The notes under the pieces are model-generated. The model did no database searches. It was not told where the DNA came from and saw only the letters and a list, made by a program, of their open reading frames with translations. A program made the translations under genes and the position numbers. A stretch of 61,512 nucleotides of DNA, filler included, from Nitrospinota bacterium (GTDB lineage Bacteria > JADFOP01): assembly GCA_022562795.1 (NCBI GenBank). It is 3 parts of 3 records of this genome, joined end to end, with 100 filler letters (N's around TTAATTAATTAA, not from the genome) between each part and the next. Parts side by side here need not be neighbours in the genome. Positions count along the whole stretch, not along the records: positions 1 to 27,510 come from JADFOP010000028.1; 2 more parts are not named here. One strand, given 5' to 3'. Within the stretch, counting starts at the first letter, position 1, and every line of letters begins with the position of its first letter. Shown one piece after another: positions 8,390 through 17,626 of the stretch.

Positions 8390-9388
8390 TTAGACCGCCC
8401 AGCGCAAGACGTTCGCAGCCCAGGCCAGCCCCCCACCGAACCCCAGCAGCCCCACGATGTCGCCCTTCTTAATCTTCCCGAGCCGAACCGCCTCATCGAG
8501 GGTCACGGCAATGGAAGCGGCCGCCGTATTGGCGTACTTTTCGATGGTCATGTGGGTTTGGTCCATCGTCATGCCAAGGAAGTCGACGATGTGCTCGATG
8601 ATGTTGACGTTGGCCTGGTGCGTGATGATGAAGTCAAGGTCTTCGCGGCTAAGCCCGGCCTTCTTCAGGCAGGCGTCCATCCCGTGGGGAACGATACCCG
8701 TGGCGAAATCCCAGACGGCCTTGCCATCCATACGGAAGTAATTCTCCCGATTCGCGATGGTCTCCTCGCTCGATGGCCTGGCAGCCGCTCCGGCCAGCAC
8801 CTTAATGACGTCGGCCTTGGAGCCGTCGGCCCGCATGTAGTTGGAAATAAGCCCGTATCCCTCATCAACGGGCCTCAGTAGCACCGCCCCGGCCCCGTCG
8901 CCGAAGTAGACGCAGCTCGTACGGTCAGTGAAGTCGAGGATACGGCTGTATGCCTCGGCGCCAATCACCAGCACGGTTTCATGAGACCCATCGGCCACAA
9001 AGGCGCTCCCAACAGCGAGGGCATGGTTAAATCCGCTGCAGACGGTGTTGACGTCGAAGGCGCCCGCGTTCATCGCCCCAATCTTTCCCTGGGTTACACA
9101 GGCAGTAGGCGGCTGGATGTGGTCGGGCGAGGAGGTAGCGACAATCATCAACTCCACCTCCATGGGGTCGACACCCGCATCCTCAAGGCATCGCATAGCC
9201 GCCCGTGAGGCAAGGTCAGAAGTCGTATCCTCAGGGTCGATGATGCGCCTAGCGTGGATGCCGGTCCTCTCGCGGATCCACTCGTCCGTAGTATCGATCA
9301 ATTTTTCGAAGTCTTTGTTCGGCATGATGTGGTCAGGGACGTATGCCCCCGTGGCCACAATTCCAACAGATCTTAGTGCCCCGGGCAT
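8390..9388 (-). CDS. fabH: 3-oxoacyl-ACP synthase III
   Basis: WIRERTGI, catalytic Cys (VCSGF), FGDGAGA, HQAN, GFGGG. Confidence 0.93.
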   Translation of the reverse strand: MPGALRSVGIVATGAYVPDHIMPNKDFEKLIDTTDEWIRERTGIHARRIIDPEDTTSDLASRAAMRCLEDAGVDPMEVELMIVATSSPDHIQPPTACVTQGKIGAMNAGAFDVNTVCSGFNHALAVGSAFVADGSHETVLVIGAEAYSRILDFTDRTSCVYFGDGAGAVLLRPVDEGYGLISNYMRADGSKADVIKVLAGAAARPSSEETIANRENYFRMDGKAVWDFATGIVPHGMDACLKKAGLSREDLDFIITHQANVNIIEHIVDFLGMTMDQTHMTIEKYANTAAASIAVTLDEAVRLGKIKKGDIVGLLGFGGGLAWAANVLRWAV

Positions 9389-9576
9389 GGCGCTACCTCC
9401 TTAAATCAGAGTAGAGGTTACAGCCAATATAACACGGTTTGGGCGTAAATTCAAGGCTCTATAAGCCTTTTTAAAGATTAGTGAAATATGGATTATCACT
9501 TATCCTCTTCCTGCTGATTGGGAGGTTTAATGAACCTCCCTTCGGCGTAATCGGTATTTGTCTTAATAATATTCGC

Positions 9577-10485
9577 CTAAGGGCTTTTGAAGCCCCGCAC
9601 CAGTTCCTCATTTGGGGCCGGCGGCTTGGCGGTATAGTCGTAGAAGCCGCGGCCCCCTTTGCGCCCGACGAAACCGAGCGTCAGCATTCGGTTCAGCAGC
9701 TCCGGAGGGGCGAAGGCCTCGCTTCGATACTCCTCGTATAGATTGCTGGCCATGGCGTGGACGACGTCGATGCCGATGTAGTCGATCAGTTCAAAGGGAC
9801 CCATCGGCATCCCAGCAGCCTCGCGCATGGCGGTATCGAAATCGGCGATGGTCCCCAGGCCACGCTCCAGAAGACGGACGGCATCCAACAGGTAAGGCGC
9901 CAGAAGACGATTGACCATGAAGCCTCGGGAGTCGCGCACGACGATGGGTGTTTTGCCAAGTTCGAGCATGAAAGCCCTGACCGTCTCGACCACGGCAGGG
10001 TCGGTCTCTACGGTCGGGACCACCTCGACGAGCCCCATCACCACCGGGGGGTTGAAGAAGTGACAACCTAGAAAGCGCCGCCTCCGCTCCTCGCCCGTCG
10101 CACTGGCCAGGGACGTGATCGATAGGGTCGAGGTGTTGCTCGCCAAGATTGCCTCGGGGCCGAGACGCTCATCAAGCGTGCGGAAGAGGGTCTTCTTCGT
10201 CTCCAGATCCTCCACGATGGACTCAACCACCAGCCCGCAGCCTTTCAAATCGTCAAGGGTCGCCGTGTACGAGAGGTTTGCAACCACGGTATCGCGCACC
10301 TCGGCCTCGAGCCGCCCCGTGTCGACGGCCTTGGCCATGCGCCCCTCCACGCGGTCCCGAAGAGAGTCCACCTCCCCACCAGTGGCCTTCACAAGGACCG
10401 TCGGCGTCCCCACTTGGGCGACCACCTGAGCAATGCCGCTTCCCATGAGCCCGGAGCCAACGATGCCAACCTTTGAGATGGTCAT
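9577..10485 (-). CDS. hbd: 3-hydroxyacyl-CoA (3-hydroxybutyryl-CoA) dehydrogenase
   Basis: True start MTISK at 10485 (ATGA overlap with upstream gene); GSGLMGSGIA, ASNTST, HFFNP and PMGPFEL.D.IG motifs. Confidence 0.9.
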   Translation of the reverse strand: MTISKVGIVGSGLMGSGIAQVVAQVGTPTVLVKATGGEVDSLRDRVEGRMAKAVDTGRLEAEVRDTVVANLSYTATLDDLKGCGLVVESIVEDLETKKTLFRTLDERLGPEAILASNTSTLSITSLASATGEERRRRFLGCHFFNPPVVMGLVEVVPTVETDPAVVETVRAFMLELGKTPIVVRDSRGFMVNRLLAPYLLDAVRLLERGLGTIADFDTAMREAAGMPMGPFELIDYIGIDVVHAMASNLYEEYRSEAFAPPELLNRMLTLGFVGRKGGRGFYDYTAKPPAPNEELVRGFKSP

Positions 10486-10925
10486 GACCGGTCCGTCCTC
10501 CAGCCCACCTCTTCGGCCTCCCGCTTCGCCTCGGCCAAGCGGCAGCATTCCTTGACGACCGAATCCAGAGAATCCTCTTGACCGAAGACCATAGCAACCC
10601 CGAGCGCCGAGAGGGCGTCGTAATCTTTCCTGGGGACGACCCCCCCAATGACGACGGGCACATCCTCCATGCCCTCCTCTTTCAGGCGTTTCGCGAGATC
10701 GGCGCACACGCTCTTATGGGCTCCGGAGAGGAGGGAGAGCCCGATGAGGTCCACATCCTCTTGGACAGCCGCCTGGACGATGGCCTCCACGTTCGAGCGC
10801 AACCCTGTGTATATGACCTCCATCCCCGCCTCCCGAAGCGCCCTGGCTATCACCTTGGCCCCCCGGTCATGGCCGTCGAGACCGGGTTTGGCCACCAGAA
10901 CTCTCAGCGGACGCTCGACGCGCAT
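10482..10925 (-). CDS. acyl-CoA mutase small (B12-binding) subunit
   Basis: KPGLDGHDRG (DxHxxG) and SLLSGAH motifs. Confidence 0.93.
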   Translation of the reverse strand: MRVERPLRVLVAKPGLDGHDRGAKVIARALREAGMEVIYTGLRSNVEAIVQAAVQEDVDLIGLSLLSGAHKSVCADLAKRLKEEGMEDVPVVIGGVVPRKDYDALSALGVAMVFGQEDSLDSVVKECCRLAEAKREAEEVGWRTDRS

Positions 10926-10940
10926 TTGCTCCTCACTCGG

Positions 10941-12548
10941 TTAATAGCTCGTCAGCGGAATGTAGGCCCCGAAAACCTTCAGGAAGACCCCCATCATTTC
11001 GCCCACGGTGGCGTACGCCTTTACGCACTCGACCAGAGGGGGCAACGTGTTGGCCCCGGTGCGAGCCGCCTCTTCCAGAGCCGTTAATGTCCGGGCAACG
11101 GCCGTGCCGTCTCTGCCGTTGCGTACATCCTGGAGGCTTGATACCTGTCCCTGCTCAATGTTGCTATCCATCTCATAGATTTCCATATCCGCCGGGGGCT
11201 CCCCCGACCCGAAGCGGTTGACCCCGACAATCACCCGCTCGCCGGAGCCAACGGCCCGCTCGTGCTCGCTGGCCCGCTCGGCGATGCGCTGCTGGATGTA
11301 TCCGGACTTGAGACACTCGACCATGCCCCCGCGGGCCTCTATCTCGTCCATCACCTCGACGATAGCCTCTTCCATCGCATCGGTGAGGCCCTCCACGAAA
11401 TAGCTCCCTCCAAGCGGGTCCGGGGTGTTCGGAATGTCGGTCTCGTAGGCCACGATCTGCTGGATGCGCAGGGAGGTCCTGGCGCTCTCCTCGGTAGGAA
11501 TAGCGAAGGCCTCATCGTAGGCGGCCGTGAAGACGCTCTGAAGCCCCGCGCAGGCCACCGCCATCATCTCAATAGTAAGCCTGGCGATGTTGTTGAGCGG
11601 CTCCTGCTTGGTCAGTGAGTGGCCGCCACATACACAGGCGGCCCGCAACATCCAGCTCTTGGGGTCTTTGGCCCCGAACTCCTCACGCATTATCCGGGCC
11701 CACATGCGCCGTCCTGCCCGGTATTTGGCCACTTCCTCAAAAAAGTTGGTATAGGTGTAGAAGAACCACGAGAGCTGGGGCGCGAAGGCATCGACATCGA
11801 GGCCCCGGTCCAGGGCCGCCCGCACGTACGCCTTGCCGTCGGCCAGGGTGTATGCCATCTCCTCGACCGGCGTGGCCCCTGCGTCGCGGAAGTGGCTCGC
11901 AATTGAGATGGGATTGAAGGCCGGCATCTCTGTTGCGCAGTACTCGATGCAGTCCACCACCAGCTTCATGCTCGGGTCGACCGGCAGGACCCAGGCCCCG
12001 CGCGCGCCGAACTCTTTCAAGATGTCGTTTTGAACTGTGCCGCGCAGCCGGCTCGGAGGGACCCCCTGGGCGTCGCCCACGGCCTGGTACATGGCGAGCA
12101 GAATCGGAGCTGTGGCGTTGATTGTGAAAGACGTGGAGACCTTATCGAGCGGAATGCCCTCAAATATCTGCTCCATGTCCCTAAGCGAGTCGATGGCGAC
12201 CCCGACCCGGCCCACCTCGCCGGAAGCCTCTGGCGCGTCGGAGTCGTAGCCGAGCTGGGTCGGCAGGTCGAGCGCCACCGAGAGTCCCGTCTGTCCCTCA
12301 TCGAGCAGGTAGCGGAACCGTTCGTTGGTCTCCAGAGCGGTGCCCATCCCCGCGTATTGGCGCATGGTCCACATCCGCCCGCGGTACATCGTCGGATAAA
12401 TACCCCGGGTATAGGGGTACTGGCCCGGGTCGCCGAGCTTTTCCGAGTACTGATCGGGCGGCATGGCTTCTGGCCCGTACAGCGGCCCGATGGGAAGCCC
12501 GCTACGCGTCGAAAACTTCTCCTCCTTGGGATCCTCGTTCTCGCTCAT
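10941..12548 (-). CDS. acyl-CoA mutase large (substrate-binding) subunit, atypical active site
   Basis: WTMRQYAG, GLSVALDLPT, QNDILKEF and VGVNRF; several substrate-pocket residues diverge from methylmalonyl-CoA mutase. Confidence 0.92.
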   Translation of the reverse strand: MSENEDPKEEKFSTRSGLPIGPLYGPEAMPPDQYSEKLGDPGQYPYTRGIYPTMYRGRMWTMRQYAGMGTALETNERFRYLLDEGQTGLSVALDLPTQLGYDSDAPEASGEVGRVGVAIDSLRDMEQIFEGIPLDKVSTSFTINATAPILLAMYQAVGDAQGVPPSRLRGTVQNDILKEFGARGAWVLPVDPSMKLVVDCIEYCATEMPAFNPISIASHFRDAGATPVEEMAYTLADGKAYVRAALDRGLDVDAFAPQLSWFFYTYTNFFEEVAKYRAGRRMWARIMREEFGAKDPKSWMLRAACVCGGHSLTKQEPLNNIARLTIEMMAVACAGLQSVFTAAYDEAFAIPTEESARTSLRIQQIVAYETDIPNTPDPLGGSYFVEGLTDAMEEAIVEVMDEIEARGGMVECLKSGYIQQRIAERASEHERAVGSGERVIVGVNRFGSGEPPADMEIYEMDSNIEQGQVSSLQDVRNGRDGTAVARTLTALEEAARTGANTLPPLVECVKAYATVGEMMGVFLKVFGAYIPLTSY

Positions 12549-12590
12549 AGAGCCTCCTCAAGGGCATCTCTCGCCTGCGCCTCTCCCTCC

Positions 12591-13751
12591 TTAATCCAAT
12601 ATGCGTCTGGCGATGACCTCGCGTTGAATCTCGCTCGTTCCTTCGAAGACCCGAAAAAGGCGCCCGTCTCGCCAGTAGCGGCTGACCGAGTATTCCTTGG
12701 AGTAGCCGTAGCCCCCGTGAATCTGGAGGGCGCTGCTGGTAACCCGCTCGACCATATCCGAGGCGTAGAGCTTCGCCATGCCAGCCTCTAGGTCGCACCG
12801 CTGACCCGAGTCCTTGCGTGCTGCGGCGAAGTAGGTCAGCTGTCGGGCCGCCTCGATCTCGGTGGCCATATCGGCCAGCATGTGTCGTATGGCCTGGAAC
12901 TGAGAGATCGGCTGATCAAATTGGACTCGTTCCTTAGCGTACTGCTTGGCGAGATCGTAGGCCCCTTGAGCCACGCCGACCGCCCGGGCCGCCGTCTGAA
13001 TGCGGGCCGCCTCGTAGGTAGCCATGAGCTGGTAGAAGCCCTGGTTTTCCTGGTCTCCTATGAGATTGGCCGCCGGGACAGGAAGCTCCTCGAAGGCCAG
13101 GCTGTAAGAGCGCATCCCGTAGTAGCCGATTGTCGGGATGTGCTCGCCAGACAACTGCGGCGGATCAAAGCCTTCGACCGGCTCCTTCTCGACGAGAAAG
13201 AGCGACAGCCCCTTGTGGCGCTTGGAGTAATCGGGGTCGGTGCGTGCCAGGACACAGAGAAGATGGGCCCGATTGGCCATAGTGCACCAGGTCTTGGCGC
13301 CCGTCAGGAGGTAGTTGTCGCCGTCCTTGACGGCCCGGCACTTCATTCCACCGGTATCGCTGCCGTAATCCGGCTCGGTAAAGGCCGCGGCGCTCAAGAC
13401 CTCGCCGCTGGCCAGCCCCGGCAACCAGCGCTCCTTTTGTTCCTCCGTCCCGTGGGCCAGCAGAAGCGCCCCCGTGATGAGGTTGCGGGTCATGACGCTT
13501 CCCACGCTGAGCCAGCCCCGTGAGAGCTCCTCGGCGACCAGGGCGAGGCTCACGTAATCCATCCCGCTGCCCCCGTACTCAGGCGGGAAGACGAGGCCGA
13601 AGTAGCCGAGCTTGCCCAGGGCCTTCAGCAGCCCCTCCGGGATCTCCTTCTCCTCCTGGTAATACTCATCGGCGATGGGCAGAACCTCGCCCTCTGTAAA
13701 CTTCCGGACGGAGCGGCGAACCTCCTCATGTTCCGCCGTCAATAAACTCAT
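12591..13751 (-). CDS. acyl-CoA dehydrogenase, methylsuccinyl-CoA dehydrogenase-like
   Basis: FTEP..GSD, QGFYQLMATYEAARIQTAARAVGVAQ, QIHGGYG and FEG; resembles the Mcd catalytic domain; directly downstream of ccr. Confidence 0.8.
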   Translation of the reverse strand: MSLLTAEHEEVRRSVRKFTEGEVLPIADEYYQEEKEIPEGLLKALGKLGYFGLVFPPEYGGSGMDYVSLALVAEELSRGWLSVGSVMTRNLITGALLLAHGTEEQKERWLPGLASGEVLSAAAFTEPDYGSDTGGMKCRAVKDGDNYLLTGAKTWCTMANRAHLLCVLARTDPDYSKRHKGLSLFLVEKEPVEGFDPPQLSGEHIPTIGYYGMRSYSLAFEELPVPAANLIGDQENQGFYQLMATYEAARIQTAARAVGVAQGAYDLAKQYAKERVQFDQPISQFQAIRHMLADMATEIEAARQLTYFAAARKDSGQRCDLEAGMAKLYASDMVERVTSSALQIHGGYGYSKEYSVSRYWRDGRLFRVFEGTSEIQREVIARRILD

Positions 13752-13816
13752 CTCAATCTACCCCCCGGCCCGCTCCTTACGCCTATTCGGAGCTTCCTAT
13801 TCTTATTCTTAAAGCC

Positions 13817-15079
13817 CTACGGCTGGCTCTGGCGAACTTCCTCCAGGGTTTTTAGCCCCGCAGTTCTGGCCTGCACGAGAATGGCCATATTGCCGCTCGG
13901 GTGGAGGTTGTCGTGCATAAGCTGATGGCACGCCCCCGTATCAGCAAACTCAAAGACCCGCGAGAGGCACGGGTTCACCTTCCCGGCGATGACCAGATCG
14001 TTGATTCCTTTGGCCTGATCGTCGTTGGCGAAGTGTGAGCCCTGAAGCCTTTTTTGCCGCATCCAGTGGTAGCGCAGATCCACCGTGGCGTTGTAGCCGG
14101 TGGTGCCCGCGCAGATTACCACCATCCCCCCCGTATCGCAGACGAAAATCGAGGTGGGGATGGTGGCTTCGCCGGGGTGCTCGAAGACGATCCGTGGGCT
14201 TATCCGCTCGCCCAGGACGTCCCAGAGGGCCTTGCCGAACGCCCGGGCCCCTTTGAACCACACGCCGTAGGCCTCGTCGTCCTTCCAGTGAGGGAGCATC
14301 CCCCAGTGGTCGAAGTTCTTGCGGTTGATTACCCCGACGGCGCCCAGATTGGTACAGAAGTCAATCTTGTCGTCGCTGGAGACAACGGCTACGGCCCGTC
14401 CGCCGGCGGCTTTGACAACCTGGACCGCCATGCAACCAAGCCCGCCAGCCCCGCCCCAGACCAGCACCACATCGCCCTCTTTGACCTCGTTCTCTGACCA
14501 GCCGTGTAGCATCCGGTAGGCGGTTGCCCCGACCAGCATGAAGGCCGCCGCCTCCTCCCATGTAAGGTCAGGCGGTTTGGGCAGGCACATATGGTCCTGG
14601 ACCTTGGCTAGCTGGGCGAAACTGCCGTAGTTGATCTCGTAGCCCCAAATTCTCATTGAGGGTGAGAGGCAGGGGTCTTTGCCGGCAACGACGTGGGGGT
14701 CGTCGTGGTTCCACCATCCGCAGTGGACCACCACCTCGTCGCCCACCTTGAAGTTTGTGACCTCATCGCCCACCGCCCATACCACGCCAGAGGCGTCGGA
14801 GCCGCCAATGTGGAAATCCTCCGGCTCCCCGCCCTTTTGCCGAGCAGCGATGACGTCTACCGGCGAGCCCAGCGCGGCCCAGACGTTATTATAGTTGACC
14901 CCGGCGGCCATGACCATGACCAGGACCTCCCGTGGCCCGATTGAAGGGACAGGGATTTCCTCCTGGGCGAACGCCTTGGAGGGCTCCCCGAAGCGATCCT
15001 GGCGGATGACTTGTGCGAGCATCCTCTCGGGAACCACCCCGATCTCGGGAATCTCTCCTAGTTCGTAGAGTGGCTTCAT
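13817..15079 (-). CDS. ccr: crotonyl-CoA carboxylase/reductase
   Basis: [28 protein letters not shown] and [11 protein letters not shown] (CO2-binding N/E/H residues present). Confidence 0.93.
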   Translation of the reverse strand: MKPLYELGEIPEIGVVPERMLAQVIRQDRFGEPSKAFAQEEIPVPSIGPREVLVMVMAAGVNYNNVWAALGSPVDVIAARQKGGEPEDFHIGGSDASGVVWAVGDEVTNFKVGDEVVVHCGWWNHDDPHVVAGKDPCLSPSMRIWGYEINYGSFAQLAKVQDHMCLPKPPDLTWEEAAAFMLVGATAYRMLHGWSENEVKEGDVVLVWGGAGGLGCMAVQVVKAAGGRAVAVVSSDDKIDFCTNLGAVGVINRKNFDHWGMLPHWKDDEAYGVWFKGARAFGKALWDVLGERISPRIVFEHPGEATIPTSIFVCDTGGMVVICAGTTGYNATVDLRYHWMRQKRLQGSHFANDDQAKGINDLVIAGKVNPCLSRVFEFADTGACHQLMHDNLHPSGNMAILVQARTAGLKTLEEVRQSQP

Positions 15080-15387
15080 GCGGGTCGTCTCCTTCGTCCG
15101 TGGTCATTCTCCGACCGAGCCGCGCCGCAGAGGCTCAGTCCCAGTCGGATTCGGCGGATGGTAGCGCCCTCCCGGGCCCGAGCCCCAGATTCAGCCGCAT
15201 GAAGCGACCATAGGCGCAGCCTCGGCTGAAGTGAATATCGTCCGCTCGCTTCCCGTGTTGAGAATCCCAAACCATGGAAACGCATTGACCACAAGTTCAG
15301 TTTTGGCACACAAAGCTAATTGAATCCCCCGGTGGGGTAAAATGCGGTTGCATTCGTAATGATACAGGATTCTTAGCGTTATGGCTA

Positions 15388-15492
15388 CGGGAATTTTTGG
15401 GATTTTTTGGATTTCTGAGAATTTTTAGAAATCGCGGAAAATCGCGGAAATTTGAATATTCGGAAATTCGCGGAAATTCGCGGAAAATCGGG
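15388..15492. repeat. ~10-bp-periodic GGAAAWTCGC / A-tract array
   Basis: AATCGCGGAAAATCGCGGAAAT..TCGGAAATTCGCGGAAATTCGCGGAAAATCGG. Confidence 0.7.
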
Positions 15493-15568
15493 CCGTCAGG
15501 GAGCTTGAACGGTCAATGGGGCAATCTCCTCTATTTGTGAATAATATGTGCTGGACGATCTGTCGAGA

Positions 15569-15664
15569 CACGGTTTACCCCTGTCCGAATTAAACGGGGT
15601 AGTCGGGGTGGCCCCTCACCCCGACACCTTATTAGGCGGGGTCAGGGGCGACCCCGACTACCCT
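15569..15664. repeat. REP doublet (inverted GTAG-TCGGGGT palindromes)
   Basis: GTAGTCGGGGTGGCCCCTCACCCCGAC .. GGGGTCAGGGGCGACCCCGACTAC, preceded by a degenerate GGTTTACCCCTGTCCG unit. Confidence 0.8.
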
Positions 15665-15836
15665 TAATTCCGTACACACAACTCGCCCCAATCCATTATC
15701 GTGGAGCGGCCAGAGCAAAGATTCCCGCCATATTCCTCTTGAATCCCCCCGTCGGCCCAAGATATTATTGTTATAGTTGAGTTTCACAATCTAAACTGTC
15801 TCTCGTCCACCCCTTCAAAGCCAGAGGAATCGGCCT

Positions 15837-16595
15837 TTGAAATTCTTAATACCCGTCAAGCGCGTGCCCGACCCGGATGCCACCATTAAGCTCACCAGCG
15901 ACGGTTCGGGAATCGTAACCGACCATGTGAGCTTCGTCATAAGCCAGCTCGATGAGATCGCCCTTGAGGAAGCGCTCCGTATCCGGGAGGGCCGTGGCGA
16001 CGAGAGCGAAATTGTGGCCGTCTCCATAGGGGGCGAGGAGGTGGTCGAACAGATACGAACGGCTCTGGCGATGGGCGCCGACCGGGGGCTCTTCGTCAGG
16101 GTCGAAAAGCCCCTCGACCCCCACGTGGTTGCGACGGCTCTGACCAAAGTGGTCGAGCGGGAGCAACCGGACCTAATCATCATGGGCAAGCAGTCGCCCG
16201 AGGATGACTCCACCCAGGTGGGCCAGCTGCTGGCCGAACACCTGGGCTGGCCCCAGGCGACCTTCCTCGCTAAGCTTACCCTTGAGGAGGACCTGACAGG
16301 CGCCGTATGCGAGCGCGAGGTGGACGGGGGGATCGAGACCATCCGGGTAAAGCTGCCGGCGGTCTTCACCGCCGACGTCAGGCTCAACGAACCCCGCTAC
16401 GCAAGCCTTCCCATGATTATGAAAGCCAGGGGCAAGCCCATCGACGAGGTGAGCCTCGACGAGCTTGGAGTGGCCTACGCCCCTGTCCAACACATCCACG
16501 CTCTGGAATTGCCCCCGGGACGCGAGGCGGGTGTGATGGTCAAGAGCGTGGAGGAGCTGGTGGATAAGCTCCGAAACGAAGCCAAGGTCTTGTGA
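15837..16595 (+). CDS. etfB: electron transfer flavoprotein beta subunit
   Basis: VKRVPD, ALAMGAD, GKQS and LNEPRYASL. Confidence 0.95.
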   Translation: MKFLIPVKRVPDPDATIKLTSDGSGIVTDHVSFVISQLDEIALEEALRIREGRGDESEIVAVSIGGEEVVEQIRTALAMGADRGLFVRVEKPLDPHVVATALTKVVEREQPDLIIMGKQSPEDDSTQVGQLLAEHLGWPQATFLAKLTLEEDLTGAVCEREVDGGIETIRVKLPAVFTADVRLNEPRYASLPMIMKARGKPIDEVSLDELGVAYAPVQHIHALELPPGREAGVMVKSVEELVDKLRNEAKVL

Positions 16596-16605
16596 GACTA
16601 CGACG

Positions 16606-17583
16606 ATGAGCGCAATTCTCGTCCTGGCGGAACACAGAGAGGGCCGGCTTAAGAAGGCCACCCTTTCGGCGGCCGCGTGCGCCAAAGAGGTGAGCGAGGC
16701 CCTGGGGGGTGTGCCCTGGCACGTGCTCGTGGTCGGCCACGAGGTGGCATCGGTCGCCGAGGAGGCGGCCCGTTACGGGCCTTCCGGCGTCCACGTCGTG
16801 GACAACGAGGCCCTCGCCCATCCCATGGCCGAGAGCTACGCGCCGGTCGTCGCGGAGGCGGCCCGGCAGATGGGCGTCGTGTTCCTTTGCGCGGCGGCGA
16901 CGAGCTTCAGCCGCGACCTCTTGCCGAGGGTTACTGCCAGACTCGGGGCCGGGATGGTGAGTGAGGTGCTGGAGACACGGCTGGAGGACGGGACGTTCTA
17001 TTTCAAGCGGCCCATGTGGGCCGGGAGCGTCATCGCGACCGTCTCGCTCACCAGCGACGTGAAGGTGGCTACTGTGCGGGCGACCGCCTACGAGCCCGTG
17101 GAGCCCGCCGCTGAGGCGGCCCAAGTAGTCACCCTCCCCATAGAGGTGGATGCGAACCGGCTCCAGACGACCTTCCTCTCGGTCGATGAACACAAAAGCG
17201 ACCGGCCCGATCTGACCGAAGCACGCATCGTGGTCTCGGGAGGCCGAGGCATGAGGGGCGAGGAGGGCTTGGCTCTAGTCTGCGCCCTGGCCGACGAGTT
17301 AGGGGCCGCGGTGGGCGCCAGCCGCGCGGCCGTGGACGCCGGATGGACCCCCAACGACTGGCAGGTGGGCCAGACCGGAAAGATTGTGGCCCCGGACCTA
17401 TACATCGCCTGCGGCATCTCCGGGGCCATCCAACACATCTGCGGGATGAAAGGCTCGAAGGTCATCGTGGCCATCAACAAGGACCCCGAGTCACCGATCT
17501 TCTCGCTTAGCGACTACGGGCTCGTTGGCGATCTTTTCGAAATCATTCCTGATATGATAGAGGCGCTGAAGAAACCCTCCTGA
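16606..17583 (+). CDS. etfA: electron transfer flavoprotein alpha subunit
   Basis: [29 protein letters not shown] and AINKD. Confidence 0.96.
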   Translation: MSAILVLAEHREGRLKKATLSAAACAKEVSEALGGVPWHVLVVGHEVASVAEEAARYGPSGVHVVDNEALAHPMAESYAPVVAEAARQMGVVFLCAAATSFSRDLLPRVTARLGAGMVSEVLETRLEDGTFYFKRPMWAGSVIATVSLTSDVKVATVRATAYEPVEPAAEAAQVVTLPIEVDANRLQTTFLSVDEHKSDRPDLTEARIVVSGGRGMRGEEGLALVCALADELGAAVGASRAAVDAGWTPNDWQVGQTGKIVAPDLYIACGISGAIQHICGMKGSKVIVAINKDPESPIFSLSDYGLVGDLFEIIPDMIEALKKPS

Positions 17584-17626
17584 TTCGCCTCTTCACACAC
17601 GGGCTTCTTCCGCCGGGTGAGCAGCC

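Noticed and set aside
9577-10707. 376-aa version of the hydroxyacyl-CoA dehydrogenase
   Set aside because: The extension overlaps the mutase small subunit; the real start is 10485
15320-15749. Duplicated TTGAATCCCCC (15320-15330, 15739-15749) as an operator
   Set aside because: Only two non-palindromic copies; may be -35 elements or chance
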